Shown one piece after another: positions 30,671 to 41,138 of a DNA stretch of 64,000 nucleotides. Both the position numbers and the translations under genes were made by a program. The notes beneath the pieces were generated by a model. It ran no database searches. It was not told the DNA's origin and saw only the letters and a program-made list of their open reading frames with translations. Source of the DNA: an uncultured Pseudoxanthomonas sp. (lineage in GTDB: Bacteria; Pseudomonadota; Gammaproteobacteria; Xanthomonadales; Xanthomonadaceae); assembly GCA_966210745.1 (NCBI GenBank), contig CBIHLJ010000004.1:3318-67317 (forward strand), read 5' to 3'. The first letter of the stretch is position 1. Each line of letters starts with the position of its first letter.

Positions 30671-30899
30671 CCCTATCCCCTCGTCAGCTGCCTTGCAGAA
30701 CGTGTGGCAGATGGCCATCACATGATCAAGGAAGAACGCTACACGGTCACCGCGTAGCGGGGAAGACGACACGCCGGGTAAGTGCATTTACATTTTGCCC
30801 GCTCTCTCACCACCTGCATCTCGCTTGATCGACGGCCCCGCCCCCCCATCAGGATCCCGGCCCGTCGGCCTCCATGCCGCACGCATCCAGCACACCCCC

Positions 30900-30926
30900 T
30901 AAAGATGCTGCACCCCACGCCGATAC
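30900..30926 (+). promoter_or_regulatory. Sigma28 promoter of ycgR
   Basis: TAAA-N15-GCCGATAC; lies inside the longer ORF call from 30874, so the true start is downstream. Confidence 0.8.
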
Positions 30927-30951
30927 AGCCTGTGACGCCTTCCCTGCCCAG

Positions 30952-31746
30952 ATGCTTCACGCCCGCATGACCGAGCCCAGCGACGCCCCTCTGGCCGATC
31001 CCGTCAGGTACGACGAAGAAGAAAAGTACCTGGTGCATGGCGAATACGAGATCCGGCAGATCCTGCAATCGCTGATCGCCAGGCGCGCGCTCGTCAGTGG
31101 TTGCGCGATGCCGCGCAACCACACCTTCCCCACCTCCATCATCGAAGTACTGGAGGACGAAGACGGCGTGCTGATCGATGGCAGCGCCTCGGAGACCATC
31201 AACCGCAGCATCGAGGAAGCGAGCCACGTCACCTGCGTGTCGCGACTCGACCGCATCCACGTGCAGTTCAAGCTCTACGACCTGCAACGCGTGCAGAAGG
31301 ACGGCCAGGTGGCATTCCGTGCCTCGTTGCCTGAAAGCATCCTGCGCCTGCAGCGTCGCGAGTTCTACCGCCTGCAGGTGCCGGTGACGCAGCCCATCGA
31401 GTGCGCCGTCGCCGAGCGGCACCCCGACGGCGAGACCACCTACCGCAACTACCGCGTGATGGACATCAGCGGCGGCGGCATCGCCCTGGCCGTGCAGGCC
31501 GAAGAACCCACGCTTCGGCCCTACAAGGAATTCCCCGGCAGCCTGCTCCACCTGCCCGACAGCGGCCCGCTGTGCTTACGCCTGATGGTCAAGAGCCTGC
31601 ACCGCCAGCTCAACCAGAACGGCACCGAAAGCTGGCGCGCCGGCTGCCAGTTCACCGACCTGCCGCGTGGCGGCGATGCGCTGATCCAGCGCTACATCTT
31701 CCGGCTGGAACGCCAGCGCAGCGCCCGCGAACGCGGCGCGGCGTGA
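30952..31746 (+). CDS. ycgR: Flagellar brake protein, YcgR/FlgZ family (c-di-GMP-binding PilZ domain)
   Basis: QRREFYR (RxxxR) and DISGGG motifs; YcgR-like N-domain; start at 30952 or 30967. Confidence 0.88.
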   Translation: MLHARMTEPSDAPLADPVRYDEEEKYLVHGEYEIRQILQSLIARRALVSGCAMPRNHTFPTSIIEVLEDEDGVLIDGSASETINRSIEEASHVTCVSRLDRIHVQFKLYDLQRVQKDGQVAFRASLPESILRLQRREFYRLQVPVTQPIECAVAERHPDGETTYRNYRVMDISGGGIALAVQAEEPTLRPYKEFPGSLLHLPDSGPLCLRLMVKSLHRQLNQNGTESWRAGCQFTDLPRGGDALIQRYIFRLERQRSARERGAA

Positions 31747-31795
31747 CCTGCATCGAATTTCCGGCCGCCGCCCGTCGCCTGTGACCGGCATCCGC

Positions 31796-31822
31796 TCAAC
31801 CTTGCGCCGTCGCCGCCGATAC
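31796..31822 (+). promoter_or_regulatory. Sigma28 promoter of MCP3
   Basis: TCAA-N15-GCCGATAC. Confidence 0.8.
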
Positions 31823-31922
31823 CTCGCGTAACACCCCTGCGGCGCGGGCGTGGCAACGCACCACCGCCACCGCAATCCCGCAGGCATCGCAAGCCGTACC
31901 ATCCAGTCCGCACGAGGCCAGC

Positions 31923-34628
31923 ATGTCATCCATTCCCTCCCGATCCACCTCCCGCAGCATCGCGACGCGCGTGATGTTCGGCACCGCCGTGGTGGCCCTG
32001 CTCGCCTTCGGCGTCGCCGCCGCGGCAAGCTACCTGCGCAGCAGCCAGGCGCTGCTGTCCGGGGCGCGGGCCACGATGGAAGGACTCGCGAACCAGGAGG
32101 CCCAGCGCATCTCGGGCGAACTCACCCGCGCCTTCGACGGCAACGATGCGCTCGCGCATGCACTGCTCGCCCAGCGCCAGGGCGACGGCATCAGCCGCAC
32201 CGCCGCCAGCGCCATCTTCAAGCGCCAGTTGGAGGCGCACCCGGAATGGGTCGGCGTCGGCACGCTGTGGGAACCCGATGCCTTCGATGGCAAGGATGCG
32301 GACCATATCGGTGCCGAAGGCCACGATGACACCGGCCGCTTCATGAGCTACTGGGCATGGAGCAACGGCGTCCCGCTGCTGGAAGCCCTGCGTGATTACG
32401 AAGTCACCGGTGCCGGCGACTGGTACCGGCGGCCGCGCGAACTCAAGCGTCCGGTGGTCGCCGAGCCCTACGTCTACAAGATCGCCGGCAAGGACGTGCT
32501 GATGACCACGCTGTCCACGCCGATCCTGCAGGACGGCGACTACCTCGGTGTGATGACCGTGGACTTCGCCCTGCAATCGCTGCAGGAGCGTATCGCGAAG
32601 CTCACGCCGATGGATGCCGGCTTCGTCCGCCTGCTCACGCCGGCCGGCGTGGTCATCGCGGACAAGGATGCCGCCTCGGTCGGCAAGCCTTATGCGGGCG
32701 CCCACGCTGCCGACGTGATGAAGCAGGTGGCCTCCGGCAAGCCGGTGTTCCGCGAGGCCACCGACGCCGCGGGCGAAACCGTGATGGAAGCCTACGTACC
32801 GCTGCAGATCGGCGCCGCGCAGGAGCACTTCGCGCTGGGCGTGGTGGTGCCCCGTGCAGTGCTGATGCGGGAAGCGCGCGCCGTGCTCTGGACGGTGGTG
32901 GCGGTCGGCGCGCTGGGCGCTGCACTGCTGTGCGGCGCCGTGTTCTGGTTGCTGCGCCGCCAGGTCGGCATGCCACTGGCCGGCGCCGTGCGCGTGGCCG
33001 ACGATATCGCCAGCGGCAAGCTGGACAGCCAGATCGATGTCGGGCGCGACGACGAGATCGGCACCCTGATGAAAGCCATGCGCAGCATGCAGGGCAACCT
33101 GCGCGAGCGCATCGAGCGCGACGCCGTGGTGGCGAAGGAAAGCCTGCGCATCCGTACCGCACTGGAGGATGTGACCACCAACGTCATGATCGCCGACGCC
33201 GACCGCACCATCGTCTATGCCAACCGGCCACTGATGAAGATGCTGACCGACGTCGAACAGGACCTTCGGCGCGACCTGCCTGCCTTCGATGTGCGTACCG
33301 TCATCGGCAGCAGCATCGACATCTTCCACAAGAAGCCCGAGCACCAGTCGCGCATGCTGGCCCAGTTGCAGGGCACCCATCGCGCGCAGATCAGCGTGGG
33401 CGGACGCATCATGCAGCTGATCATCAACCCCGTGACCGATGGCGAAGGCCAGCGGATCGGCTACGTGGTCGAATGGGCTGACCGCACCAACGAGGTGATG
33501 GTCGAACAGGAAGTGACCCGCATCGTGCAGGACGCGGCACGGGGCGACCTGAGCGGGCGCATCACCGAAACCGGCAAGCAGGGCTTCCTGCTGGCGCTGT
33601 CGCAGCAGGTGAATGGCCTGCTGGCGACGATAGCAGGCAGCGTGGACTCGGTTTCCGGGGTACTGCGTTCGCTGTCGAAGGGCGACCTGACCGCGCGCAT
33701 GGAAGGCGATTTCCACGGTGTCTTCGCCACCATGCGCGATGACGCCAACGCCACCGTCGCCCAGCTGACCGACATCGTCGGCCGCATCCAGGACGCCTCG
33801 ACCAGCATCAACACCGCCGCCGGTGAAATCGCCTCCGGCAACAGCGACCTGTCGCGCCGTACCGAGCAACAGGCGGCCAACCTGGAAGAAACCGCCGCCT
33901 CGATGGAGGAACTGACTTCCACCGTGCGCCAGAACGCCGAGTCCGCCCGCCAGGCCAACCAGTTGGCCATCGGTGCCGCAGGCGTCGCCTCACAGGGCGG
34001 CGAAGTGGTCAGCAAAGTCGTCAGCACCATGACCGACATCGAACAGTCGTCGAAGAAGATCGCCGAGATCATCTCGGTCATCGACGGCATCGCTTTCCAG
34101 ACCAACATCCTGGCGCTCAATGCCGCGGTTGAAGCCGCACGGGCGGGCGAACAGGGCCGCGGCTTCGCGGTGGTCGCATCGGAAGTCCGCACGCTGGCCC
34201 AGCGCAGCGCCAATGCCGCCAAGGAGATCAAGGGCCTGATCGAGACCTCGGTGGACAAGGTCGCCGACGGCTCGGCGCTGGTGCACCAGGCCGGCACGAC
34301 CATGAGCGAGATTGTCGCCTCGGTGCAGCGCGTGACCGACATCATGGCCGAGATCTCCGCGGCCTCGCAGGAACAGAGCGCCGGCATCGAGCAGGTCAAC
34401 CAGACCATCACCCAGATGGACGAGACCACCCAGCAGAACGCCGCGCTGGTGGAAGAAGCCACCGCCGCCGCGCGCAGCATGGAAGAACAGGCGCAGGCAC
34501 TGGCCGAGGCCGTCTCCACCTTCCGGCTGGACGGCCACGGCCGTGTCGCGCGGCTGGTGCACGAACGCGTCACCCGCATCGCCGCCGGCACCGCGCCGCG
34601 GGGCGTTACCGAACCGCACCCGTACTGA
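31923..34628 (+). CDS. MCP3: TM-dCache_1-TM-HAMP-PAS(Aer2-like)-HAMP-signalling domain, no pentapeptide tail
   Basis: [31 protein letters not shown] dCache; [27 protein letters not shown]; ends TEPHPY. Confidence 0.93.
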   Translation: MSSIPSRSTSRSIATRVMFGTAVVALLAFGVAAAASYLRSSQALLSGARATMEGLANQEAQRISGELTRAFDGNDALAHALLAQRQGDGISRTAASAIFKRQLEAHPEWVGVGTLWEPDAFDGKDADHIGAEGHDDTGRFMSYWAWSNGVPLLEALRDYEVTGAGDWYRRPRELKRPVVAEPYVYKIAGKDVLMTTLSTPILQDGDYLGVMTVDFALQSLQERIAKLTPMDAGFVRLLTPAGVVIADKDAASVGKPYAGAHAADVMKQVASGKPVFREATDAAGETVMEAYVPLQIGAAQEHFALGVVVPRAVLMREARAVLWTVVAVGALGAALLCGAVFWLLRRQVGMPLAGAVRVADDIASGKLDSQIDVGRDDEIGTLMKAMRSMQGNLRERIERDAVVAKESLRIRTALEDVTTNVMIADADRTIVYANRPLMKMLTDVEQDLRRDLPAFDVRTVIGSSIDIFHKKPEHQSRMLAQLQGTHRAQISVGGRIMQLIINPVTDGEGQRIGYVVEWADRTNEVMVEQEVTRIVQDAARGDLSGRITETGKQGFLLALSQQVNGLLATIAGSVDSVSGVLRSLSKGDLTARMEGDFHGVFATMRDDANATVAQLTDIVGRIQDASTSINTAAGEIASGNSDLSRRTEQQAANLEETAASMEELTSTVRQNAESARQANQLAIGAAGVASQGGEVVSKVVSTMTDIEQSSKKIAEIISVIDGIAFQTNILALNAAVEAARAGEQGRGFAVVASEVRTLAQRSANAAKEIKGLIETSVDKVADGSALVHQAGTTMSEIVASVQRVTDIMAEISAASQEQSAGIEQVNQTITQMDETTQQNAALVEEATAAARSMEEQAQALAEAVSTFRLDGHGRVARLVHERVTRIAAGTAPRGVTEPHPY

Positions 34629-34633
34629 CCCCC

Positions 34634-34660
34634 TAAAGAAACCCGTCCCGGGGCCGATCT
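34634..34660 (+). promoter_or_regulatory. Sigma28 promoter of cheW
   Basis: TAAA-N15-GCCGATCT. Confidence 0.75.
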
Positions 34661-34725
34661 AGGCCATGACAGGTTCCGTCCCGGGAACCCCGACACCTTC
34701 ACCGGCTGCAACAGGAGCCCGACGA

Positions 34726-35214
34726 ATGAGCGACAAGAAAACCCAGGCCGCGGCGAGCGCGGACGAGTTCCTCAGCTTCACCCTGGGGGACGAGCACTAC
34801 GGCGTGGACATCCTGAAGGTCCAGGAAATCCGAGGCTACGACTCGGTGACCCGCCTGCCGGACGCACCGGACTACATCAAGGGCGTCATCAACCTGCGCG
34901 GCACCATCGTGCCGGTGATCGACCTGCGCCTGAAGCTGCGCCTGAAGGAAGCCCGCTACGACGCCTTCACCGTGATGATCGTGCTGAACGTGGAAGACCG
35001 CGTGGTCGGCATCGTGGTGGACAGCGTGTCGGACGTGATCGCGCTGAACGCCGAGCAGATCCGTCCCACGCCGGAATTCGGTGCCAGCGTCGATACCCGC
35101 TTCATTTCCGGCATCGGCACGGTGGACGAGCGCATGCTGATCCTGCTCGATATCGAGACCCTCATCGACAGCGCCGACCTGGGTCAGCCGTTGCCGGAGC
35201 AGGTCGCTGCCTGA
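34726..35214 (+). CDS. cheW: Chemotaxis coupling protein CheW
   Basis: [42 protein letters not shown]; AGGAG RBS before ATG 34726. Confidence 0.96.
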   Translation: MSDKKTQAAASADEFLSFTLGDEHYGVDILKVQEIRGYDSVTRLPDAPDYIKGVINLRGTIVPVIDLRLKLRLKEARYDAFTVMIVLNVEDRVVGIVVDSVSDVIALNAEQIRPTPEFGASVDTRFISGIGTVDERMLILLDIETLIDSADLGQPLPEQVAA

Positions 35215-35251
35215 CGCGCCGCGTTCGCGGTACGCACTCTGCATTCCCCCG

Positions 35252-35289
35252 GGGACCGCAGGCCGCAAGGCCTCCGGTCCCTTTTTCTT
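35252..35289 (+). terminator. Intrinsic terminator after cheW
   Basis: GGGACCG..AGGCC-GCAA-GGCCT..CGGTCCC followed by TTTTTCTT. Confidence 0.8.
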
Positions 35290-35344
35290 GCGCGGCCCCG
35301 CCCCCGCTGCACCACGCCTTTCGTCGTAGGGGTAAGAAAACCAC

Positions 35345-35371
35345 TGAAATTCGTCCATTCGCGGCCGCTAA
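35345..35371 (+). promoter_or_regulatory. Weaker sigma28-like promoter of MCP4
   Basis: TGAA-N15-GCCGCTAA. Confidence 0.5.
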
Positions 35372-35438
35372 TACCTACGAAGGCAATCCGCCCCGCATTC
35401 CGTACGCACAGGCCCCACCTGTCGCCAGAGACCCCGCC

Positions 35439-37688
35439 ATGACGTTCAACGCCAAGATCGCCGCCCTGCTCTCCAACCTGCCGCTGAAGCGCAAGTTCCT
35501 CATCCAGACCGCACTGGTTGCCATCGGCACCATCGGCCTGGCGGTGATCGCGGCGCGCATGCAGTACCTGGATCTCACCGGGACGCGGCAGGCGGGCCTG
35601 AAAGCGCAGACCGAGATGGCGCTGGGCGTCATCGAGGGATATGCGAAACAGGTGGAAGCCGGCACCCTGGATGAAGCACAGGCGAAGGAGAGCGCGCTGG
35701 CCACGCTCGCCTCGATGCAGGCGAACAAAGGCGTGGATTACTTCTTCGTCACCGACGAAGCACCGACCATGCTGATGCACCCTACCCGTCCCGACCTGAT
35801 CGGCAAGCCGCTGGATGATGTGCTGAGCCCGGATGGCAAGCGCATCTTCCCCGAGTTCGTCCGCGTGGCGCGCGCGGGCGGTGGCCATGTCGACTACAGC
35901 TGGGCCAAGGCCGGCGAAGAAGACCCGGTGCCGAAGACCTCGTATGCGGCGTTGTACCAGCCGTGGGGCTGGGTGATCGGCACCGGCGTCTATATCGACG
36001 ACACCCAGGCGCAGGCGCTGCAGTTCACCTTCATCATGACCATCGTCGGCGGCCTGCTGGTGCTGCTGAGCATGGCGATCGGCTGGGTGATCGGCCAGTC
36101 GGTGCTGGAACCGGTCTCGCGCGCACTGGCCGCCATCAAGGGCGTCTCGCGGGGCGACCTGAGCGTGCGCACCGGCCACCACGGCCGCGACGAAGTCGGC
36201 CAGATGCTCAAGGCCACCGACGAAATGGTGCACATGCTGGAGCGTTTCTCGCAGGAAACGCATGTGATGATCCGCCTGCACGAAGCCGAGGACATCAGCC
36301 ACCGCATGCCGGAGGATTTCCCCGGCGTGTACGGCGAACTGGCAGGCGGCATCAACACGATGATGTTCGAGCACCTGGATGCTTTCCGCGATGCCATCGG
36401 CATCCTGGAACGCTACGCCAGCGGCGACCTCAGCCAGGATGCGCGTCGCCTGCCCGGTACGCGTGCGTTCCTGCATGAAGCGATGGACGCGGCCAAGCAG
36501 AGCCTGCTGGCCATCAACGCCGAGATCAAGCGCCTCGCACAGGCCGCCGGGGCCGGTGACTTCAGCGCCCGCGGCGACGAGGCGCGCTTCCAGCACGACT
36601 TCCGCCAGATGGTGCAGGGCCTGAACGCCATGATGGCGACCAGCGACCGCAACCTGGCCCAGCTGTCCGCCCTGCTGCGCGCGATCGCCGATGGCGACCT
36701 CACGGCCCGCATGGAAGGCGATTTCCACGGTGTCTTCGCCACCATGCGTGATGACGCCAACGCCACCGTCGCCCAGCTGACCGAGATCGTCGGCGGCATC
36801 CAGATGGCGGCCACCAGCATCAATACTGCGGCCGGCGAGATCGCATCGGGCAACAACGACCTGTCGCGCCGTACCGAGCAACAGGCGGCCAACCTGGAAG
36901 AAACCGCCGCCTCGATGGAGGAACTGACCTCCACCGTGCGCCAGAACGCCGAGTCCGCCCGCCAGGCCAACCAGTTGGCCATTGGTGCGGCGTCTGTCGC
37001 TTCGCAGGGTGGCGAGGTGGTCGGTCGCGTGGTCACCACGATGACCGACATCGAACAGTCCTCCAAGAAGATCGCCGAGATCATCTCGGTCATCGACGGC
37101 ATCGCCTTCCAGACCAACATCCTGGCCTTGAACGCGGCCGTGGAAGCCGCCCGTGCCGGTGAACAGGGTCGCGGCTTCGCGGTGGTCGCTTCGGAAGTCC
37201 GGACGCTGGCGCAGCGCAGCGCCAATGCTGCCAAGGAGATCAAGGGCCTGATCGAAACGTCGGTGGACAAGGTCGCCGAGGGTTCGGCGCTGGTGAACCA
37301 GGCCGGCACGACGATGGGTGAGATCGTGGCCTCGGTGCAGCGCGTGACCGACATCATGGCCGAGATCTCCGCGGCCTCGCAGGAACAGTCGGCCGGCATC
37401 GAGCAGGTCAACCAGACCATCACGCAGATGGACGAAACCACCCAGCAGAACGCTGCACTGGTGGAAGAAGCCACCGCCGCCGCACGCTCCATGGAAGAAC
37501 AGGCCGGCGCACTGACCCAGAGCGTGTCGGTGTTCAAGCTGCAGGCTGCCCCCAGTGCACCGGTGCGCCAAGCCCCTATGGCCGCCGCTGCACCGCGGCC
37601 GGTGGCGACACCCAGGGCCGTGGCCCGCAAGCCGGTTGCGCGCAAGCCCGAGCCTGCCCTCGCCGACGGTGACTGGCAGGAGTTCTGA
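35439..37688 (+). CDS. MCP4 (single Cache_2 sensor, DWQEF tail)
   Basis: [45 protein letters not shown]; conserved signalling domain. Confidence 0.95.
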   Translation: MTFNAKIAALLSNLPLKRKFLIQTALVAIGTIGLAVIAARMQYLDLTGTRQAGLKAQTEMALGVIEGYAKQVEAGTLDEAQAKESALATLASMQANKGVDYFFVTDEAPTMLMHPTRPDLIGKPLDDVLSPDGKRIFPEFVRVARAGGGHVDYSWAKAGEEDPVPKTSYAALYQPWGWVIGTGVYIDDTQAQALQFTFIMTIVGGLLVLLSMAIGWVIGQSVLEPVSRALAAIKGVSRGDLSVRTGHHGRDEVGQMLKATDEMVHMLERFSQETHVMIRLHEAEDISHRMPEDFPGVYGELAGGINTMMFEHLDAFRDAIGILERYASGDLSQDARRLPGTRAFLHEAMDAAKQSLLAINAEIKRLAQAAGAGDFSARGDEARFQHDFRQMVQGLNAMMATSDRNLAQLSALLRAIADGDLTARMEGDFHGVFATMRDDANATVAQLTEIVGGIQMAATSINTAAGEIASGNNDLSRRTEQQAANLEETAASMEELTSTVRQNAESARQANQLAIGAASVASQGGEVVGRVVTTMTDIEQSSKKIAEIISVIDGIAFQTNILALNAAVEAARAGEQGRGFAVVASEVRTLAQRSANAAKEIKGLIETSVDKVAEGSALVNQAGTTMGEIVASVQRVTDIMAEISAASQEQSAGIEQVNQTITQMDETTQQNAALVEEATAAARSMEEQAGALTQSVSVFKLQAAPSAPVRQAPMAAAAPRPVATPRAVARKPVARKPEPALADGDWQEF

Positions 37689-37694
37689 GCCGAC

Positions 37695-37720
37695 GGGCGC
37701 ACCCGGCGTGCGCCCCTTTC
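37695..37720 (+). terminator. Hairpin after MCP4
   Basis: GGGCGCAC-CCGGC-GTGCGCCC-CTTTC. Confidence 0.5.
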
Positions 37721-37731
37721 CGTGACCGCCT

Positions 37732-37758
37732 TCAAGTAACCCGGACTCCGGCCGATAT
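37732..37758 (+). promoter_or_regulatory. Sigma28 promoter of the c-di-GMP phosphodiesterase gene
   Basis: TCAA-N15-GCCGATAT. Confidence 0.8.
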
Positions 37759-37857
37759 GTCACCAGAAGGCCCTCTTCCCTGGCACCCGATGACCGTCGC
37801 ACCCCCCGCCACCGACGACGCCACCCGCTGCCCGAAAGTGCGCCGCGAGGGCAGTGC

Positions 37858-40470
37858 ATGCTAGGCCGCACGCTGACCTCGCTGACATCGGTGCGCGACG
37901 CACAGGCGTCCACGGATCTCCCGCCGGAGAGCCTCTGGCACGTACTGGAGCAGTCCGTCGATGCTGCGTTCGTCGTCGATGGGCGCCACCGGGTGGTGCT
38001 GTTCAATCCGGCGGCGGAAGCGCTCTGGGGGTGCCCGCGCGAAGACGTGCATGGCATGCCGTTCACCCGCCTGCTGTCCAGTCCCCAGGCGGACAGCAGC
38101 CCCGACGCCACGCTGGCGCAACTGCTCGGCAGCCATCGCGATGCCGTGCTGCACCGGCCCGATGGCAGCGAGGTCGCTTGTTCGGTATCTCTATCCAAGG
38201 TGCGAGTGGGCGCGCAGGTCTTCCATACCGCCTTCGTGCGCGACACCAGCGACCAGAAGCGCCAGCTTGAGCGCCTGCGCCAACTGTCGATCGTGGTGGA
38301 CAAGAGCGACAACGCGATCTTCGTGAGCGCGCCGGACCGCGAAGTGGTCTACGTCAACAGCGGCTTCACCCGCATGCTGGGTTACCGGCTCGAAGAGCTG
38401 CGCGGGATCAAACCCTCGCAGCTGCTGTCCGGCGCGCATACCGACGCCAGCCTGGACGATCGCATCAGCCAGGCGATGAAGGCCGGCGAAGGCCTGCAGA
38501 CGGAAGTGCTGCTGTACACCAAGTCGGGCCGCCCGCTGTGGCTTTCGGCTGCGATCAACCCGGTGCACGACGAGGACGGGACACTGCTGGGGCTGGTCAG
38601 CGTGCTGAGCGACATCACCCAGACCAAGATGCACCAGGTACTGCACAACAAGGTGCTGGATGCACTGGTGCACGAATGGAGCGTCGCCGACGTGATGACG
38701 CTGATCTGCCGCGAGGTGGAGCACATCGCGCCGGAACTGACGGTCTCCATCATCACCGTGGACAACGAGGGGCTGATGCACGCCCTCGCCTCGCCCAGCC
38801 TGCCGGAAGCCTGGGCCCGCAAGATCGACGGCATGGCGATAGGTCCACGCGCCGGCGTGTGCGGTGCCGCCGCCTGGCGGGGCCGCGCGGTGCTGGTGAA
38901 GGACATCGCCAGCGATCCGCTGTGCGCCGGCACCCGCCACCTCACCACGCCACTCGGGTTGCGCGCCTGCTGGACGCACCCCATCAAGTCGAGCAGCGGC
39001 CGCGTGCTGGGCACGCTGTCGTTCTACTACCGCGAGAACCGCGGTCCCGACGAACTGCATGAACGCCTGGCCGATACGTGCCTGCACCTATGTTCGCTGA
39101 CGCTGGAGCGCGAGCAGACCAACGAGCGCGTGCACCAGTTGGCGTTCTACGACACGCTGACCGGCCTGCCGAACCGCATCATGTTCAGCGCCAAAGCGGA
39201 ACAGGCGCTGGCCAACGTCGCCCAGGTGAACGGCACCGCGGCCGTACTCTTCATCGACCTGGACCGCTTCAAGCGCGTGAACGACGCGCAGGGACACGCC
39301 GCCGGCGATGGCCTGCTGCGCGATGTTGCCGCACGCCTGAGCGAGGAACTCGGGGGCATCAACATCGTCGGCCGCCAGGCCGGCGACGAATTCGTCGCGG
39401 TGCTGCCGATGTGCAGCGCCGAACAGGCCGGCAGCGTGGCCGAGCGGATGCTCGGCGCCATCGCGGCGCCGACCACCGCCGGCCTGATGACGCTGCATCC
39501 CAGCGCCAGCATCGGCGTGGCGATGTTTCCGGACGACGGTCGTGACATCGACCTGCTCGTGCGCCATGCCGACATGGCGATGTACCGCGCGAAAACCGAT
39601 GGCGGCGGCAGCTTCCGCTTCTTCAGCCTGGACATGAACCGGCTGGCGCAGGAGCGTGTTTCACTCGAAACCGCGCTGCGCGAGGCCCTCAGGCTCGACC
39701 AGCTGAAACTGCAGTACCAGCCCCAGGTCGGCGGCTGCGACGGCAGACAGTTGTATGGCGTGGAGGCACTGCTGCGCTGGCACCATGCGGAGCTCGGCAT
39801 CATTCCCCCCGCGCGCTTCGTGCCGGTGGCCGAAGAGTGCGGGCTGATCGCCGAGCTCAGCCTGTGGGTGCTGCGCCAGGCGTGTGCGCAGATGGCCGAC
39901 TGGCGCCAGCGTGGCATCGATATCCCGCGCGTGTCGGTGAACGTTTCCGCGATCAATTTCCGTGACCCGCAGCTGTCGCTGCAGATTTCCGACCTGCTGG
40001 ACGAGCACGGCCTGGAACCGGGCGACCTGACGCTCGAGATTACCGAGAGCGTCATGCTGGACCCGGACCCGGACGTGCTCGAGAACATCGAGGCCATCTA
40101 CGTGCTGGGCGTGCGGCTGTCGCTGGACGACTTCGGTACCGGCTATTCCAGCCTCAGCCATCTGCATCGCCTGCCCATCAGCGAGCTCAAGCTGGACCAG
40201 AGCTTCGTACGCGACATCGACACCAGCGCCATCGCACGCACGCTGACCTCCTCGGTACTGCGCATCGGTGAAAGCCTGGGCATGAAGGTGGTCGCCGAGG
40301 GCGTGGAAACCGAATCGCAGCACCGCTTCCTGACCGAACAGCGCTTTCCCGTGTTGCAGGGCTATCTGTTCTCGCCGCCGCTGCCGCCCGGGCCGCTGGA
40401 AGAGTGGTTGGACACGCACGGCTACGCGGCTGCCCGCGAAGTCGAGACCGGAGCTGGCGCTACGCCGTAG
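37858..40470 (+). CDS. PAS-PAS-GAF-GGDEF(AGDEF)-EAL protein, DosP-like c-di-GMP phosphodiesterase
   Basis: FNPAAEALWG PAS, YVNSGFTRMLGY PAS, GVCGAAAW GAF, DLDRFKRVND..AGDEF, VEALLRW, DDFGTGYSSL, VAEGVET. Confidence 0.92.
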   Translation: MLGRTLTSLTSVRDAQASTDLPPESLWHVLEQSVDAAFVVDGRHRVVLFNPAAEALWGCPREDVHGMPFTRLLSSPQADSSPDATLAQLLGSHRDAVLHRPDGSEVACSVSLSKVRVGAQVFHTAFVRDTSDQKRQLERLRQLSIVVDKSDNAIFVSAPDREVVYVNSGFTRMLGYRLEELRGIKPSQLLSGAHTDASLDDRISQAMKAGEGLQTEVLLYTKSGRPLWLSAAINPVHDEDGTLLGLVSVLSDITQTKMHQVLHNKVLDALVHEWSVADVMTLICREVEHIAPELTVSIITVDNEGLMHALASPSLPEAWARKIDGMAIGPRAGVCGAAAWRGRAVLVKDIASDPLCAGTRHLTTPLGLRACWTHPIKSSSGRVLGTLSFYYRENRGPDELHERLADTCLHLCSLTLEREQTNERVHQLAFYDTLTGLPNRIMFSAKAEQALANVAQVNGTAAVLFIDLDRFKRVNDAQGHAAGDGLLRDVAARLSEELGGINIVGRQAGDEFVAVLPMCSAEQAGSVAERMLGAIAAPTTAGLMTLHPSASIGVAMFPDDGRDIDLLVRHADMAMYRAKTDGGGSFRFFSLDMNRLAQERVSLETALREALRLDQLKLQYQPQVGGCDGRQLYGVEALLRWHHAELGIIPPARFVPVAEECGLIAELSLWVLRQACAQMADWRQRGIDIPRVSVNVSAINFRDPQLSLQISDLLDEHGLEPGDLTLEITESVMLDPDPDVLENIEAIYVLGVRLSLDDFGTGYSSLSHLHRLPISELKLDQSFVRDIDTSAIARTLTSSVLRIGESLGMKVVAEGVETESQHRFLTEQRFPVLQGYLFSPPLPPGPLEEWLDTHGYAAAREVETGAGATP

Positions 40471-40568
40471 CCGCAACGCCGGGCGTGCGAGCGGCTGAGT
40501 GGGCAACCCGGAAAGTGTGATCCGTATCCCAGTCGCAGGAACGAACGATCCCGCGTTGCGCCATCGCC

Positions 40569-40595
40569 TCAAGTTTGGCGACGACGAGCCGATCT
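40569..40595 (+). promoter_or_regulatory. Sigma28 promoter upstream of the OB-fold-like gene and MCP5
   Basis: TCAA-N15-GCCGATCT. Confidence 0.75.
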
Positions 40596-40642
40596 CTGGC
40601 AGTGAGCCGTTACCCCTCTTCTGTCCATCCGGAGTTACTGGA

Positions 40643-41047
40643 ATGAAAATCGCATCCGTCCTGACCCTGTCCATCGCCATCGTCGGTGCCGCCCTGCTGA
40701 TGCCCGCGACGCCGGCCAACAGCCAGTCGCAGGTCGACAACGCGATCCCCGCCGACATGGCCGCGCGCTTCGCCGGCAAGAACGGCACCGTCTGCGGCAA
40801 GGTGGGCAAGGCACGCTTCGCCGAGAACTCCGAAGGCACCCCGACCTTCCTGTACATGGGCGGCAACTTCCCGCGCCACACGTTCACGGCGCGCATCCCG
40901 GGCGACGCCCGTGCCAAGTTCAAGCCGGCCCCGGAAGAGCTGGAAGGCAAGGACGTGTGCGTGATCGGCGCCATCGAGCGCGACAACTCGCGCGCCGAGA
41001 TCGTGGTCAGTTCGCCAGCGAACCTGAAGCTCGCAACGATCCGCTGA
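40643..41047 (+). CDS. Small secreted protein with predicted OB-fold-like beta domain, function unknown
   Basis: GGAG RBS; signal peptide MKIASVLTLSIAIVGAALLMPATPANS; TVCGKV..PTFL..FP..FT..GKDVCVIGAI..EIVV with two Cys. Confidence 0.75.
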   Translation: MKIASVLTLSIAIVGAALLMPATPANSQSQVDNAIPADMAARFAGKNGTVCGKVGKARFAENSEGTPTFLYMGGNFPRHTFTARIPGDARAKFKPAPEELEGKDVCVIGAIERDNSRAEIVVSSPANLKLATIR

Positions 41048-41138
41048 TCCGTTCCAACGGCAGGGCGTCATGCCCTGCCCTGTCCTGGTCGCACCCGAGA
41101 GCGGCGCGGCACGCCACCGGTAAAGGAAAACGATTCCC

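Noticed and set aside
24730-30870. Classical integrative island with att sites
   Set aside because: I found no integrase, tRNA target or flanking direct repeat by eye; only the composition change and orientation support foreign origin
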